A stretch of DNA of 64,000 nucleotides from Trichormus sp. ATA11-4-KO1. GTDB taxonomy: Bacteria > Cyanobacteriota > Cyanobacteriia > Cyanobacteriales > Nostocaceae. A program made the translations under genes and the position numbers. Of this stretch, positions 10,167 through 20,255 are shown one piece after another. The DNA lies in the NCBI GenBank assembly GCA_019358915.1, contig JAHHIM010000009.1, positions 32,001 to 96,000 on the forward strand. Reading direction: 5' to 3'. The notes under the pieces were generated by a model. That model worked only from the letters and a program-made list of their open reading frames with translations, had not been told where the DNA came from and ran no database searches. Position 1 is the first letter of the stretch, and each line of letters opens with the position of its first letter.

Positions 10167-10913
10167 ATGATGGACGAAAATAAACAGGTAAACAACATAA
10201 GCCAGCAATTGGGTGAACCAACAGAGGTAAAGCAAGCAATGAAGAGCGACTCCCCAGCCCAAATCAACTCCAACGAATCTGGTAGCGAGGTTACTGAGCA
10301 AGTGACAACCCCAACTAATGTATCGGAAGATACGACACTTACACCAGAAAATGGCGTCGCTGCGACTGAGAAGACTGAAGTAGAAACGGCTGCTTTGGCA
10401 GAATTGACTCAACAAATCGATTCCCTGAAAGCGCAACTAGAGGAACGCAACAGTCAATATATGAGGATTGCGGCAGATTTTGAGAATTACCGCAAACGCA
10501 CCAGCAAAGAAAAAGAAGAGCTAGATTTGCTGGTGAAACGTAACACAATCTTGGAATTGCTGCCCATAGTCGATAATTTTGAACGAGCCCGAGCGCATCT
10601 CAAGCCACAAAGTGATGGCGAGATGACAATTCACAAAAGTTATCAAGGAGTTTATAAACAATTAGTGGATTCCCTCAAGCGCTTAGGTGTATCACCAATG
10701 CGTCCTGAAGGCCAAGAATTTGATCCTAACCTCCATGAAGCAGTAATGCGGGAACCTACGGATGAACATCCGGAAGGAACAGTGTTAGAAGAGTTAGTAC
10801 GCGGATATTATTTGGGCGATCGCGTGCTACGCCATTCAATGGTTAAGGTGGCTGCTCCCAAGGAAGACACACCACCTGCACAGGAAGATCAGTCGAGTCC
10901 ATCTGACAGTTAA
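10167..10913 (+). CDS. grpE: Nucleotide exchange factor GrpE
   Basis: [34 protein letters not shown]. Confidence 0.95.
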   Translation: MMDENKQVNNISQQLGEPTEVKQAMKSDSPAQINSNESGSEVTEQVTTPTNVSEDTTLTPENGVAATEKTEVETAALAELTQQIDSLKAQLEERNSQYMRIAADFENYRKRTSKEKEELDLLVKRNTILELLPIVDNFERARAHLKPQSDGEMTIHKSYQGVYKQLVDSLKRLGVSPMRPEGQEFDPNLHEAVMREPTDEHPEGTVLEELVRGYYLGDRVLRHSMVKVAAPKEDTPPAQEDQSSPSDS

Positions 10914-11205
10914 ACTGTAGTTGCTCGCCTCATTAACCAAAAGTGCCTAGGTTCTAGTAAGGACGAGCATCGCATATCTCAACAAGGATAGGGCTGTTGA
11001 CAGTTTGCCGGACTTTCGCAGCCCACCTTTTGATAGCAGCTTGCATCTAGGGTGCGACTTTTTCACAAAAAGTCAACCCTAAACAACAGTCCGTGTTTCA
11101 AATACTCCCAAGAGGAGTTCCACAGACGTTACCGTAAGCTTTAGCCCATACAAAAATAGTCCGCGAAACATCACGGCAGCAGCACTCAGTAAAAATACTG
11201 TACGT

Positions 11206-13176
11206 ATGGGAAAAGTTATTGGAATCGACTTAGGCACTACAAACAGTTGCGTCGCCGTTTTGGAAGGTGGTCAACCGATTGTGATCTCCAACACAGAAGG
11301 CGGACGTACCACACCGAGTATTGTGGGATTTGGTAAGGGTGGCGATCGCTTGGTCGGTCAGCTGGCAAAGCGCCAAGCCGTAACTAATGCTGAAAACACA
11401 ATCTACAGTATCAAGCGATTCATCGGTCGTCGCTGGGAGGATACTGAAATCGAACGCAGTCGCGTACCTTATACCTGTATTAAAGGTCGAGATGATACTG
11501 TTGATGTCCAAATTCGCGGACGAAACTACACGCCTCAAGAAATTTCCGCTATGGTTCTGCAAAAACTCAAGCAGGATGCGGAAAATTTCTTGGGTGAAAC
11601 TGTCACTCAGGCAGTAATTACCGTACCAGCATATTTCACAGATGCTCAAAGACAAGCCACTAAAGATGCAGGTACTATTGCCGGATTAGAAGTTTTACGC
11701 ATCATCAATGAACCAACTGCTGCGGCTTTAGCCTTTGGTTTGGAAAAACAAGACCAAGAGCAGCTAATTTTAGTATTTGATTTAGGAGGTGGCACCTTCG
11801 ATGTCTCTATCCTGCAACTTGGGGATGGAGTATTTGAAGTTAAGGCCACTTGTGGTAACAACCATTTAGGTGGGGACGACTTTGATAACTCCATCGTGCG
11901 CTGGATGATTGAACGCTTTGAGCAACAAGAGAAAATCGACCTCTCCACTGACAAGATGGCACTGCAACGCCTGCGGGAAGCAGCAGAGAAGGCAAAAATT
12001 GAACTTTCCAGCATGGCGAGTACTTCCATAAACTTGCCGTTTATCACTGCCGATGAGACTGGGCCGAAGCATCTGGAGATGGAACTCAGTCGTGCTAAAT
12101 TTGAAGAATTGGCAGGGCGTTTAATTGAAGCTACCATCGAGCCGATGATTCAAGCTCTCAAAGACGCAGACCTCAAACCACAAGACATAGAGCGAATTAT
12201 TTTAGTAGGTGGTTCCACCCGTATTCCCGCAGTTCAAAATGCCCTGGTCAAATTTTTTCATGGTAAAGCACCAGATCGCTCTATTAACCCCGATGAAGCA
12301 GTAGCGCTGGGAGCTGCTATTCAAGCAGGAGTACTGGGTGGCGAAGTTGATAATCTCCTATTACTAGATGTCACTCCTCTGTCCTTAGGAATTGAAACTT
12401 TGGGAGAAGTGTTCACTAAAATCATTGAACGTAACACAACAATTCCTACCAGCAAATCTCAAGTTTTTTCTACAGCCGTTGATGGACAAACCTCCGTGGA
12501 AATCCACGTTCTCCAAGGAGAAAGGGCAATGGCACGGGATAACAAAAGTTTAGGTAAGTTTCTGCTAGCAGGAATACCCCCATCTCCCCGTGGTGTCCCA
12601 CAAATAGAAGTATCTTTTGAAATTGATGTCAACGGCATCCTCAAGGTTAGTGCCCAAGATAAAGGCACTGGGCGGGAACAGAGTATTCGGATTACTAATA
12701 CAGGTGGTCTAAGTACCAACGAAGTAGAACGGATGCGGCAAGAAGCTGAAGTATTTGCCGAAGAAGACAAAAAACGTAAAGAACTGGTTGATCTCAAAAA
12801 CCAAGCGGATAATCTTTTGTTCAGCTATGAATCGACCTTAAAGGATAATGCTGACTTTATTGGTGAGCAGATGAAAGTTTTAGCCAATGAAAAAGTTACT
12901 CAACTCCAAGCCGTAATGACTAATCCCAGCATTTCGCTCACAGAATTTCAACAGCGCTTGGATGACTTTCAACAGACCTTGTTTGCTATTGGTGCTGATG
13001 TATACAACCGAGCTAACGACCAAGATGGAAACGAAGTTAATAAAGTTGAAGAAGTTTCAGATAGCTTGTTGTCCTCGGAATTGGAACAACCTATGAATGG
13101 CACACTGATACCACAATTCAACTTTGATTTTGATGATGAAAGTACAGCACAGGCGGATTACGAGGCGATAGATTAG
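11206..13176 (+). CDS. dnaK: Chaperone DnaK (Hsp70)
   Basis: [28 protein letters not shown]. Confidence 0.97.
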   Translation: MGKVIGIDLGTTNSCVAVLEGGQPIVISNTEGGRTTPSIVGFGKGGDRLVGQLAKRQAVTNAENTIYSIKRFIGRRWEDTEIERSRVPYTCIKGRDDTVDVQIRGRNYTPQEISAMVLQKLKQDAENFLGETVTQAVITVPAYFTDAQRQATKDAGTIAGLEVLRIINEPTAAALAFGLEKQDQEQLILVFDLGGGTFDVSILQLGDGVFEVKATCGNNHLGGDDFDNSIVRWMIERFEQQEKIDLSTDKMALQRLREAAEKAKIELSSMASTSINLPFITADETGPKHLEMELSRAKFEELAGRLIEATIEPMIQALKDADLKPQDIERIILVGGSTRIPAVQNALVKFFHGKAPDRSINPDEAVALGAAIQAGVLGGEVDNLLLLDVTPLSLGIETLGEVFTKIIERNTTIPTSKSQVFSTAVDGQTSVEIHVLQGERAMARDNKSLGKFLLAGIPPSPRGVPQIEVSFEIDVNGILKVSAQDKGTGREQSIRITNTGGLSTNEVERMRQEAEVFAEEDKKRKELVDLKNQADNLLFSYESTLKDNADFIGEQMKVLANEKVTQLQAVMTNPSISLTEFQQRLDDFQQTLFAIGADVYNRANDQDGNEVNKVEEVSDSLLSSELEQPMNGTLIPQFNFDFDDESTAQADYEAID

Positions 13177-13240
13177 GGAGTAGAGAGTGGGGAGTTAGGG
13201 TAGAAGAAGTTTCCCCATTCCCGATTCCCTATTCCCCAGT
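13176..13240. repeat. STRR-type degenerate heptamer tracts forming a G-rich/C-rich hairpin
   Basis: GGGAGTA/GAGAGTG/GGGAGTT followed by TTCCCCA/TTCCCGA/TTCCCTA/TTCCCCA. Confidence 0.6.
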
Positions 13241-13771
13241 CACTAATTTTGTTAGATTGTAGAAGCGAATTACCGTGGGCTAGACAATAATGTCCCAGTA
13301 CAAATGCGCTCAAATGCATATGGAGGGTTTTCCGCACCTGATTGTGCGGCTAGCCCCTATGGTTTATGAGCAGGATTTTCCCCTACTAAGTAGCACAATT
13401 GTAAAGGAGACAGCCCTGGCTCCTAACTTTGGCAGCTTTTGTCGTCTCCCATGAGGAAAGCAACTGTTGCTTCGGGCTTGCTGGTGATTTTTGTAAAAGG
13501 TACACGGTAAAATCAATATATTAATAAAAATTTAATTTTGCCTTCTGCCTAGCTTCCGGCAAGTCGCCCGACTAAGGACACTGCGTTCAGGAAAAAATTC
13601 GCCTAAGCGAGTTTTCGCCCTTGGATGAACAGAGTGGGTAATCCCAATTGTGATGACTACCGTCCCGTGCTGAGCAGCCGTTCCTTAGGGATACGACTTA
13701 CCGTAGGGTAGTCAGTGTCTATGGCGTTTATTGCCTTCTGCTTTCTTCCTCCTAACTTTTACCTTTGCTAT

Positions 13772-14902
13772 ATGGCCCGCGACTATTATGAAATTCTGGG
13801 TGTCTCTCGTGACGCCGACAAAGAAGAAATAAAACAAGCCTACCGCCGTTTAGCCCGGAAGTATCACCCAGATGTGAACAAAGAACCGGGAGCAGAAGAG
13901 CGGTTTAAAGAAATTAACCGCGCTTATGAAGTGCTGTCCGAGCCAGATGTTCGAGAGCGTTACAACCGTTTTGGTGAAGCTGGTGTTGCAGGTGGTGCTG
14001 GTGTAGGCTTCCAAGATATGGGTGATATGGGCGGCTTTGCCGATATCTTTGAAAGTATTTTCAGTGGCTTTGCTGGTGGCGGTGTGGGTAGTCCAACACA
14101 AAGACGGCGCAGTGGGCCAGTGCGGGGTGACGACCTAAGGCTAGACCTGAAGTTAGACTTTCGAGAAGCGGTATTTGGTGGTGAAAAAGAAATACGCATT
14201 TCGCATCTGGAAGTCTGTGATGCCTGTGGTGGTTCGGGTGCAAAACCAGGAACGCGCCCTCGTACTTGTTCAACTTGTAGCGGGTCGGGTCAAGTACGCC
14301 GCGTGACTAGAACGCCTTTTGGTAGCTTTACTCAAGTCTCGACTTGTCCCACCTGTAACGGTACGGGAATGGTGATTGAAGACAAGTGTGACGCTTGTGA
14401 TGGTAAGGGGACAAATCAAGTACCCAAAAAACTGAAAATTACCATTCCGGCTGGGGTGGATAATGGCACACGCTTGCGGATCTCCCAAGAAGGAGATGCA
14501 GGACAACGCGGTGGACCTCCTGGGGATTTGTACGTCTACTTATTTGTGAATGAAGACGAAGAATTTCAAAGGGATGGCATTAACGTTCTTTCAGAAATTA
14601 AAGTTAGCTACCTGCAAGCAATTTTAGGCTGCCGTTTGGAAGTAGATACAGTAGACGGGCCAGTAGAACTGATTATCCCCCCCGGAACCCAACCAAATAC
14701 AGTCATGAAATTGGAAAATCGTGGTGTACCTCGCTTAGGTAATCCTGTCAGTCGCGGAGACCATCTGCTGACGATATTAATTGACATTCCTAACAAGGTA
14801 ACACCGGAGGAAAGAGAATTGCTGGAGAAGCTAGCTAAAATTAAGGGAGACCGTACTGGTAAAGGTGGTCTAGAAGGATTTTTGGGAAATTTGTTTAAGT
14901 AA
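13772..14902 (+). CDS. dnaJ: Chaperone DnaJ (class A)
   Basis: [11 protein letters not shown] start at 13772, HPD motif, G/F region, four CxxCxGxG repeats. Confidence 0.97.
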   Translation: MARDYYEILGVSRDADKEEIKQAYRRLARKYHPDVNKEPGAEERFKEINRAYEVLSEPDVRERYNRFGEAGVAGGAGVGFQDMGDMGGFADIFESIFSGFAGGGVGSPTQRRRSGPVRGDDLRLDLKLDFREAVFGGEKEIRISHLEVCDACGGSGAKPGTRPRTCSTCSGSGQVRRVTRTPFGSFTQVSTCPTCNGTGMVIEDKCDACDGKGTNQVPKKLKITIPAGVDNGTRLRISQEGDAGQRGGPPGDLYVYLFVNEDEEFQRDGINVLSEIKVSYLQAILGCRLEVDTVDGPVELIIPPGTQPNTVMKLENRGVPRLGNPVSRGDHLLTILIDIPNKVTPEERELLEKLAKIKGDRTGKGGLEGFLGNLFK

Positions 14903-15159
14903 TGAGTAGTCTATCCTCCCTTTTAACTCCCGATGCTCAACTTGACTTGCGTGGCACACCTTGCCCGATTAATTTCGTGCGGACAAAATTATGTCTGGAA
15001 AAAATGTCGCCGGGAGGTTTGCTGGAAGTATGGCTAGACTCTGGAGAGCCTATCGAGCAAGTTCCTGATAGCTTGACAATGGCAGGTTATCAAGTTGAGC
15101 AAATAACAGACTGTATTAGTTATTTTTCCTTGTTAGTACGCCGTCCCGTTACTGCCTAA
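14902..15159 (+). CDS. TusA/SirA-family sulfur carrier protein
   Basis: LDLRGTPCPINFVRTK; TAATG coupling with dnaJ and rsgA. Confidence 0.85.
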   Translation: MSSLSSLLTPDAQLDLRGTPCPINFVRTKLCLEKMSPGGLLEVWLDSGEPIEQVPDSLTMAGYQVEQITDCISYFSLLVRRPVTA

Positions 15160-16295
15160 TGAAAGTGGAAACTGTCTCTCCTACTGGACAGTTACTCGGT
15201 ACGGTACTAGCCGTGCAAGCAAATTTTTATCGAGTACAGCTGGATGAAGAAGACAAGGGGACAAGAAGACAAGGGGACAAGGGGACAAGGGGACAAGGGG
15301 ACAAGAACGAAAATGCTTCCCCATCCCCCCATCCCCCCATCCTCCTCTGCACCCGCAGAACCCGCTTGAAAAAAATTGGGCAACAGGTAATGGTGGGCGA
15401 TCGCGTGGTTGTAGAAGAGCCAGATTGGTCTGGTGGTAGGGGGGCGATTTCTGATGTACTGCCCCGTGAAAGCCAATTGGATCGTCCCGCGATCGCTAAT
15501 GTTGACCAAATTCTCTTGGTATTCGCTGTTGCTGATCCGCCTCTGGAACCTTACCAATTAAGTCGGTTTTTGCTGAAAGCTGAGTCTACTGATGTAGATG
15601 TACTTTTATGTTTGAATAAAAGTGATTTAGTTTCACCAGAGATACAACAAGAAATCAGCGATCGCCTGTTGGGTTGGGGCTATCAAGCGTTATTTATCAG
15701 CGTTGAAAATGGCATAAATATTGACAAATTAGCTCATTATCTGAGCAACAAGATTACTGTGATTGCTGGGCCTTCCGGTGTGGGGAAATCTAGCCTGATT
15801 AATGCGTTGATTCCCACTGTTAACCTGCGCGTAGGGGAAGTCTCTGGCAAATTAGCTCGTGGCCGTCATACCACCCGCCATACAGAATTATTTGAATTGC
15901 CTGAAGGTGGCTTGCTGGCAGATACTCCCGGCTTTAATCAGCCTGATTTGGATTGTAGCCCAGAAGAATTAATCTATTATTTTCCCGAAGCCAGAAAGCT
16001 TTTAGCTGAAGCTAGCTGTCGATTTAGCGATTGTCTACATCGAGATGAGCCTGATTGTGTAGTGCGGGGCGACTGGGAAAGGTATGAGCATTACTGGGAA
16101 TTTTTAGATGAGGCGATCGCCCGTCAGACTCAGCTTAACCAACAAGCTGATCCCGAATCAACGCTGAAAGTGAAAACGAAAGGTAAGGGTAAGCAGCACT
16201 ACGAACCGAAGTTAGAAAGTAAAAAGTATCGTCGCGTGTCTCGGAAAACACAGTTGCAAGAATTGGAACAGTTGTATCAAGAAAGCGAAGAGTAA
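15159..16295 (+). CDS. rsgA: Ribosome small subunit biogenesis GTPase RsgA
   Basis: Circularly permuted GTPase NKSD, GPSGVGKSS, GRHTT, DTPG and CRFSDCLHRDEPDC zinc site. Confidence 0.95.
   Translation: MKVETVSPTGQLLGTVLAVQANFYRVQLDEEDKGTRRQGDKGTRGQGDKNENASPSPHPPILLCTRRTRLKKIGQQVMVGDRVVVEEPDWSGGRGAISDVLPRESQLDRPAIANVDQILLVFAVADPPLEPYQLSRFLLKAESTDVDVLLCLNKSDLVSPEIQQEISDRLLGWGYQALFISVENGINIDKLAHYLSNKITVIAGPSGVGKSSLINALIPTVNLRVGEVSGKLARGRHTTRHTELFELPEGGLLADTPGFNQPDLDCSPEELIYYFPEARKLLAEASCRFSDCLHRDEPDCVVRGDWERYEHYWEFLDEAIARQTQLNQQADPESTLKVKTKGKGKQHYEPKLESKKYRRVSRKTQLQELEQLYQESEE
15251..15343 (+). repeat. In-frame octamer tandem repeats inside rsgA
   Basis: About 7 units of (G/A)GACAAG(G/A) then 3 units of CCCCATCC. 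Confidence 0.85.
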
Positions 16296-16362
16296 TCATA
16301 TTGAGGGCATAGAGTTTGGTCTGTCACGGTAGCATAGATACAAACACAAACTTTGTCTTGTT

Positions 16363-17103
16363 ATGTCTCAGCCCCTTGCTGCCACATCTAGTGTAGAAGA
16401 TATCACTGAAGGTATAATTTTTCCACCAGGTGATATTTACAGTGACGAACCCCCCTTGGAATCAGACTTACACCGCGAACAAATCGACTTACTCATCCGC
16501 CTCATTAAGTGGTGGTGGCGCGATCGTCAAAACTTCTATGCTACCGGCAATTTAACTATTTATTTCAGTCCCAATCAGAAAAAATCAGAGGAATTTCGCG
16601 GCCCTGATTTTTTTGTAGTTTTAGATACAGAGAAAAAAGACCGCAAAAGCTGGGTTGTATGGCAAGAAGATGGCAAATATCCCAACTTAATTATCGAAAT
16701 GTTGTCTGATTCGACAGCAGCTATCGATAAAGGTCTAAAAAAGCAAATATACCAAAATACATTTCGCACTCCTGATTACTTTTGGTTTGACCCCAATAGC
16801 CTGGAACTACAAGGATTTCACTTAGTTGATGGACAATATCAAGAAATTGAATGTACGCCTGAAGGTTGGTTGTGGAGTCAGCAGTTAGGGCTGTATTTGG
16901 GAGTTGAGTCTAGTAAATTACGTTTTTTTACCCCAGAGAGGCAGCTGGTATTGTTGCCAGAAGAAGAAGTCAGCCAACAGTTACAGCAAACAAGCCAACA
17001 GCTAGAACAAGCCAACCAACAGCTAGAACAAGAACGTCAACGGGCTGAAAAATTAGCAGAACGCTTGCGGAACGCAGGCATTGACCCTGAGCAAATATCT
17101 TAA
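16363..17103 (+). CDS. Uma2-family (DUF820) endonuclease-like protein with C-terminal coiled coil
   Basis: ESDLHREQI, RGPDFFVV, PNLIIEMLSDST, YFWFDP; three 21-bp repeats at 16972-17034 encode the Q/E heptads. Confidence 0.9.
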   Translation: MSQPLAATSSVEDITEGIIFPPGDIYSDEPPLESDLHREQIDLLIRLIKWWWRDRQNFYATGNLTIYFSPNQKKSEEFRGPDFFVVLDTEKKDRKSWVVWQEDGKYPNLIIEMLSDSTAAIDKGLKKQIYQNTFRTPDYFWFDPNSLELQGFHLVDGQYQEIECTPEGWLWSQQLGLYLGVESSKLRFFTPERQLVLLPEEEVSQQLQQTSQQLEQANQQLEQERQRAEKLAERLRNAGIDPEQIS

Positions 17104-17213
17104 AGTCTTGCTAAATATAAAACTACTCTCACGATCCCCATAAAGTCTTAAAATATTGTTAATTTCGCCAAACCCCTCGTCCTTCAACTTACAAGTACTA
17201 CCCCAAAATCACT

Positions 17214-18803
17214 ATGGCTATCGGCTACGTCGCCCTTGTACTTCACGCACACCTGCCCTTCGTTCGTCACCCAGAAAGTGACTATGTGCTGGAGGAAGAA
17301 TGGCTCTATGAAGCCATTACCGAAACATACATTCCTTTATTGAAAGTATTTGAGGGCTTAAAGCGAGACGGCATCGACTTTAAAATTACGATGAGTATGA
17401 CACCGCCTCTAGTGTCGATGCTCCGTGACCCCCTACTGCAAGAACGCTATGACGCGCATTTAGCCAAATTAGAAGAACTTACAGAACTAGAAGCTGAACG
17501 AAATGTTCACAATGGGCATATTCGTTATTTAGCTGAACATTACGCTACTGAGTTTAACGAAGCTCGTGAATTATGGGAACGTTACAACGGTGACTTGGTC
17601 ACAGCTTTTAAGCAGTTCCAAGATAGTAACAATTTAGAAATTATTACTTGTGGTGCTACTCACGGTTACTTGCCATTAATGAAAATGTATCCACAAGCTG
17701 TGTGGGCACAAATTCAAGTAGCTTGTGAACACTACGAGCAAACCTTTGGACGAGCACCTAGAGGCATTTGGTTACCGGAATGCGCCTACTATGAAGGTGT
17801 TGAGCGGATGCTAGCAGATGCTGGTTTGCGCTATTTCCTCACCGACGGACATGGGATTCTTTATGCCCGTCCTCGCCCGCGTTTTGGCACTTATGCCCCG
17901 ATTTTCACAGAAACTGGTGTCGCTGCCTTTGGTCGAGATCACGAATCTTCCCAGCAAGTATGGTCTTCTGAGGTAGGCTATCCTGGTGCAGCAGAGTATC
18001 GGGAATTTTACAAAGATTTGGGCTGGGAAGCAGAATATGAGTATATTAAGCCTTACATCATGCCCAATGGTCAGCGAAAAAATACGGGCATTAAGTATCA
18101 CAAAATTACTGGCCGTGGTTTAGGTCTTTCAGATAAGGCACTCTATGATCCTTACTGGGCAAGGGAAAAGGCAGCAGAACACGCTGCTAACTTTATGTAT
18201 AATCGGGAACGACAAGCCGAACATCTGCATGGGATAATGCATCGTCCACCGATTATTGTTTCACCCTACGACGCAGAGTTGTTTGGACATTGGTGGTATG
18301 AAGGCCCTTGGTTCATTGATTACCTGTTCCGGAAGTCATGGTATGACCAAGGAACTTATGCAATGACCCATTTGGCAGATTATTTGCGAGCAGAACCGAC
18401 GCAGCAAGTTTGTCGCCCTTCGCAGTCGAGTTGGGGCTTTAAAGGTTTCCATGAATATTGGTTGAATGAGACAAATGCTTGGATTTACCCGCATTTACAT
18501 AAAGCAGCCGAGCGCATGATTGAAATATCGTACTTGGAACCAGAAGATGAATTACAGTGGAGAGCATTGAATCAAGCAGCGCGGGAACTTTTACTCGCGC
18601 AATCTTCTGACTGGGCGTTTATTATGCGGACAGGAACAATGGTACCCTATGCCGTGAGAAGAACGCGATCGCACTTGATGCGGTTTAATAAGCTCTACGA
18701 AGACGTGAAAATTGGCAAAGTCGATAGTGGTTGGCTAGAAAAAGTTGAGTTGATGGATAATATCTTCCCCAAAATCAACTATCGTGTCTATCGTCCGTTG
18801 TAA
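17214..18803 (+). CDS. Glycoside hydrolase family 57 (branching-enzyme type, DUF1957)
   Basis: LHAHLPFVRHP, GIWLPEC, YDAELFGHWWYEG, AQSSDWAF. Confidence 0.92.
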   Translation: MAIGYVALVLHAHLPFVRHPESDYVLEEEWLYEAITETYIPLLKVFEGLKRDGIDFKITMSMTPPLVSMLRDPLLQERYDAHLAKLEELTELEAERNVHNGHIRYLAEHYATEFNEARELWERYNGDLVTAFKQFQDSNNLEIITCGATHGYLPLMKMYPQAVWAQIQVACEHYEQTFGRAPRGIWLPECAYYEGVERMLADAGLRYFLTDGHGILYARPRPRFGTYAPIFTETGVAAFGRDHESSQQVWSSEVGYPGAAEYREFYKDLGWEAEYEYIKPYIMPNGQRKNTGIKYHKITGRGLGLSDKALYDPYWAREKAAEHAANFMYNRERQAEHLHGIMHRPPIIVSPYDAELFGHWWYEGPWFIDYLFRKSWYDQGTYAMTHLADYLRAEPTQQVCRPSQSSWGFKGFHEYWLNETNAWIYPHLHKAAERMIEISYLEPEDELQWRALNQAARELLLAQSSDWAFIMRTGTMVPYAVRRTRSHLMRFNKLYEDVKIGKVDSGWLEKVELMDNIFPKINYRVYRPL

Positions 18804-18815
18804 AAAGTGCTGAGT

Positions 18816-18864
18816 GCGGCTCGACTGACTTGTACTGAGCCTTGTCGAAGTAGCTTCGCCGAAC
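18816..18864. repeat. Small dispersed nested repeat, copy 1
   Basis: GCGGCTCGAcTGACTTGTACTGAGCCTTGTCGAAGTAGCTTCGCCGAAC, nearly identical to 23645-23694. Confidence 0.85.
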
Positions 18865-18923
18865 GTCTGAGTGCGCTGGCCCTGAGCGAAGTCGAAGGGG
18901 AGTGCTGAGTAAGAAAAAAGCAA

Positions 18924-18949
18924 AACCCCCAGTCTTGTTACTGGGGGTT
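18924..18949. terminator. Intrinsic terminator hairpin
   Basis: AACCCCCAGT-cttgtt-ACTGGGGGTT between convergent genes. Confidence 0.75.
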
Positions 18950-18986
18950 AAATTTATCAACTTATCAGCATTTTTGCAGACCGCTC

Positions 18987-19214
18987 TTATCGGGACAAAT
19001 TGCGGCTAGTGTAGGCGTCCATTGCATAGGCTGGAACACGAACACCATAGTCTGTATCCATCCCAGTAATAGACTTAGCTAACTTTTCAAAAGACTCGGA
19101 ACCCCAGTTACGCTCATGGATAGGCTTGCTTTGTTCTCCTAGAAAGTAAGCCAGCGAGCCTAAAACTGAAGCAGCTACCCAACCTACAGTCAATAATGCA
19201 ATTAAAATAGTCAT
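18987..19214 (-). CDS. Small single-TM protein, Psb35-related photosystem II accessory family
   Basis: N-terminal TM helix followed by GEQSKPIHERNW; HLR1 site upstream. Confidence 0.55.
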   Translation of the reverse strand: MTILIALLTVGWVAASVLGSLAYFLGEQSKPIHERNWGSESFEKLAKSITGMDTDYGVRVPAYAMDAYTSRNLSR

Positions 19215-19234
19215 TGCGAACCTCTTGTTTAAAT

Positions 19235-19252
19235 TTTGTAACTTTATGTAAA
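19235..19252 (-). promoter_or_regulatory. HLR1 (RpaB-binding) direct repeat
   Basis: Minus strand TTTACATA-AA-GTTACAAA matches (G/T)TTACA(T/A)(T/A)-N2 repeat exactly, about 20 nt upstream of the ATG. Confidence 0.7.
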
Positions 19253-19552
19253 TAAATATAACGTTGTTGATACAAAAGTTGCAATCTAGTATTTTGGTAT
19301 GCTAGCCGATAAATAAGTAGGGTATTCCACACTACCGCAATGTTAAAAACTATGTGTAACAGTTGTTCAAATCCTTGAAAATAGGATTTTAGCGTTAACC
19401 CAACCAATGTACGCCTCAGATAGTTGGAAAAAACAACAAAAAATCTTTCCCACCTCCCCACCTGGAATTACCACACTTAAAACACTTCAATTATTGAAAG
19501 CTCTACGTTAAATTTGAGGTAAGTTGGGGATTTCCGCCTAGGAGATAGTGCA

Positions 19553-19783
19553 ATGGATATACTCATTGAGTCAACAAAAGAATTTGAACAAGATTTAGAG
19601 AAATTTAGTAATACAGAAAAATTTAAGATTATTAAAAAACTGAATCGATATGTAGAACTTTTATCAAAAGATAAAAATTTGATTTACCAAAATAGCACAC
19701 AATTACGAGAAATAATGAATCAGCTTAAAACCCTCTTCGCTTCTGCCTCCTGCCTTCTGCCTTCTGCCTTATCCCAGCGATAA
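19553..19783 (+). pseudogene. Truncated RelE/ParE-like protein whose 3' end is replaced by repeat sequence
   Basis: MDILIESTKEFEQDLEK N-terminus resembles RelE fold; tail ASASCLLPSA is read from (CTGCCTT)n repeats. Confidence 0.45.
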
Positions 19784-19805
19784 ATTTTCCCACCCACCTA
19801 CTTAA
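19716..19805. repeat. Dispersed repeat remnant with STRR core
   Basis: (TTCTGCC)n tract ending in CCCACCCACCTACTTA. Confidence 0.55.
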
Positions 19806-19821
19806 ACTAATTCGTAATTAT

Positions 19822-20253
19822 TTACAAATATTTGAAAAATTCTTCTGGAACTAACCTTAGTTCGCCAGATTTAAAACGAGCAATATCTATCCATAATGCC
19901 CGATGTTTATGATGTTCTGACTCAGAAAATATTAAGCTGTCTAACTGATAAAACTGAGTATCAGCAAAATCACATTGGTACAGTTGAATAATTTCGTGAC
20001 CTTGCTTACCGTTACACGTAAATATACTTTCTATACAACCCAGATAGCGAATATTTGTTAAGTCTGCCTGGATTTCTTCTTGAAATTCTCGTTCTAAAGC
20101 AACTTGGCTGGTTTCGCCAAAGTCAACCCCACCACCCAAAGCCCGATAGAATATTTCTTGCTTTACAGGATCGTAGCCTTCAGAAACGAAAATGCGTTCG
20201 CCATCCCGAATAAGTCCTAAAGCTAGTACCCGAATTTGGCCTAGTTTACTCAT
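19822..20253 (-). CDS. NUDIX hydrolase
   Basis: GGGVDFGETSQVALEREFQEEI Nudix box. Confidence 0.9.
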   Translation of the reverse strand: MSKLGQIRVLALGLIRDGERIFVSEGYDPVKQEIFYRALGGGVDFGETSQVALEREFQEEIQADLTNIRYLGCIESIFTCNGKQGHEIIQLYQCDFADTQFYQLDSLIFSESEHHKHRALWIDIARFKSGELRLVPEEFFKYL

Positions 20254-20255
20254 AG

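Noticed and set aside
10044..12797. Antisense ORFs over grpE and dnaK (and similar ones over pil, gor, kinase and kaiC genes)
   Set aside because: Shadow frames of well-supported genes with no recognisable motifs
13715..13771. N-terminal extension of DnaJ in the ORF track
   Set aside because: Derived from STRR sequence; the conserved start MARDYY is at 13772
18807..18910. Possible mini CRISPR array
   Set aside because: Units are nested and unequal, there is no regular repeat-spacer period, and no cas genes occur in the window
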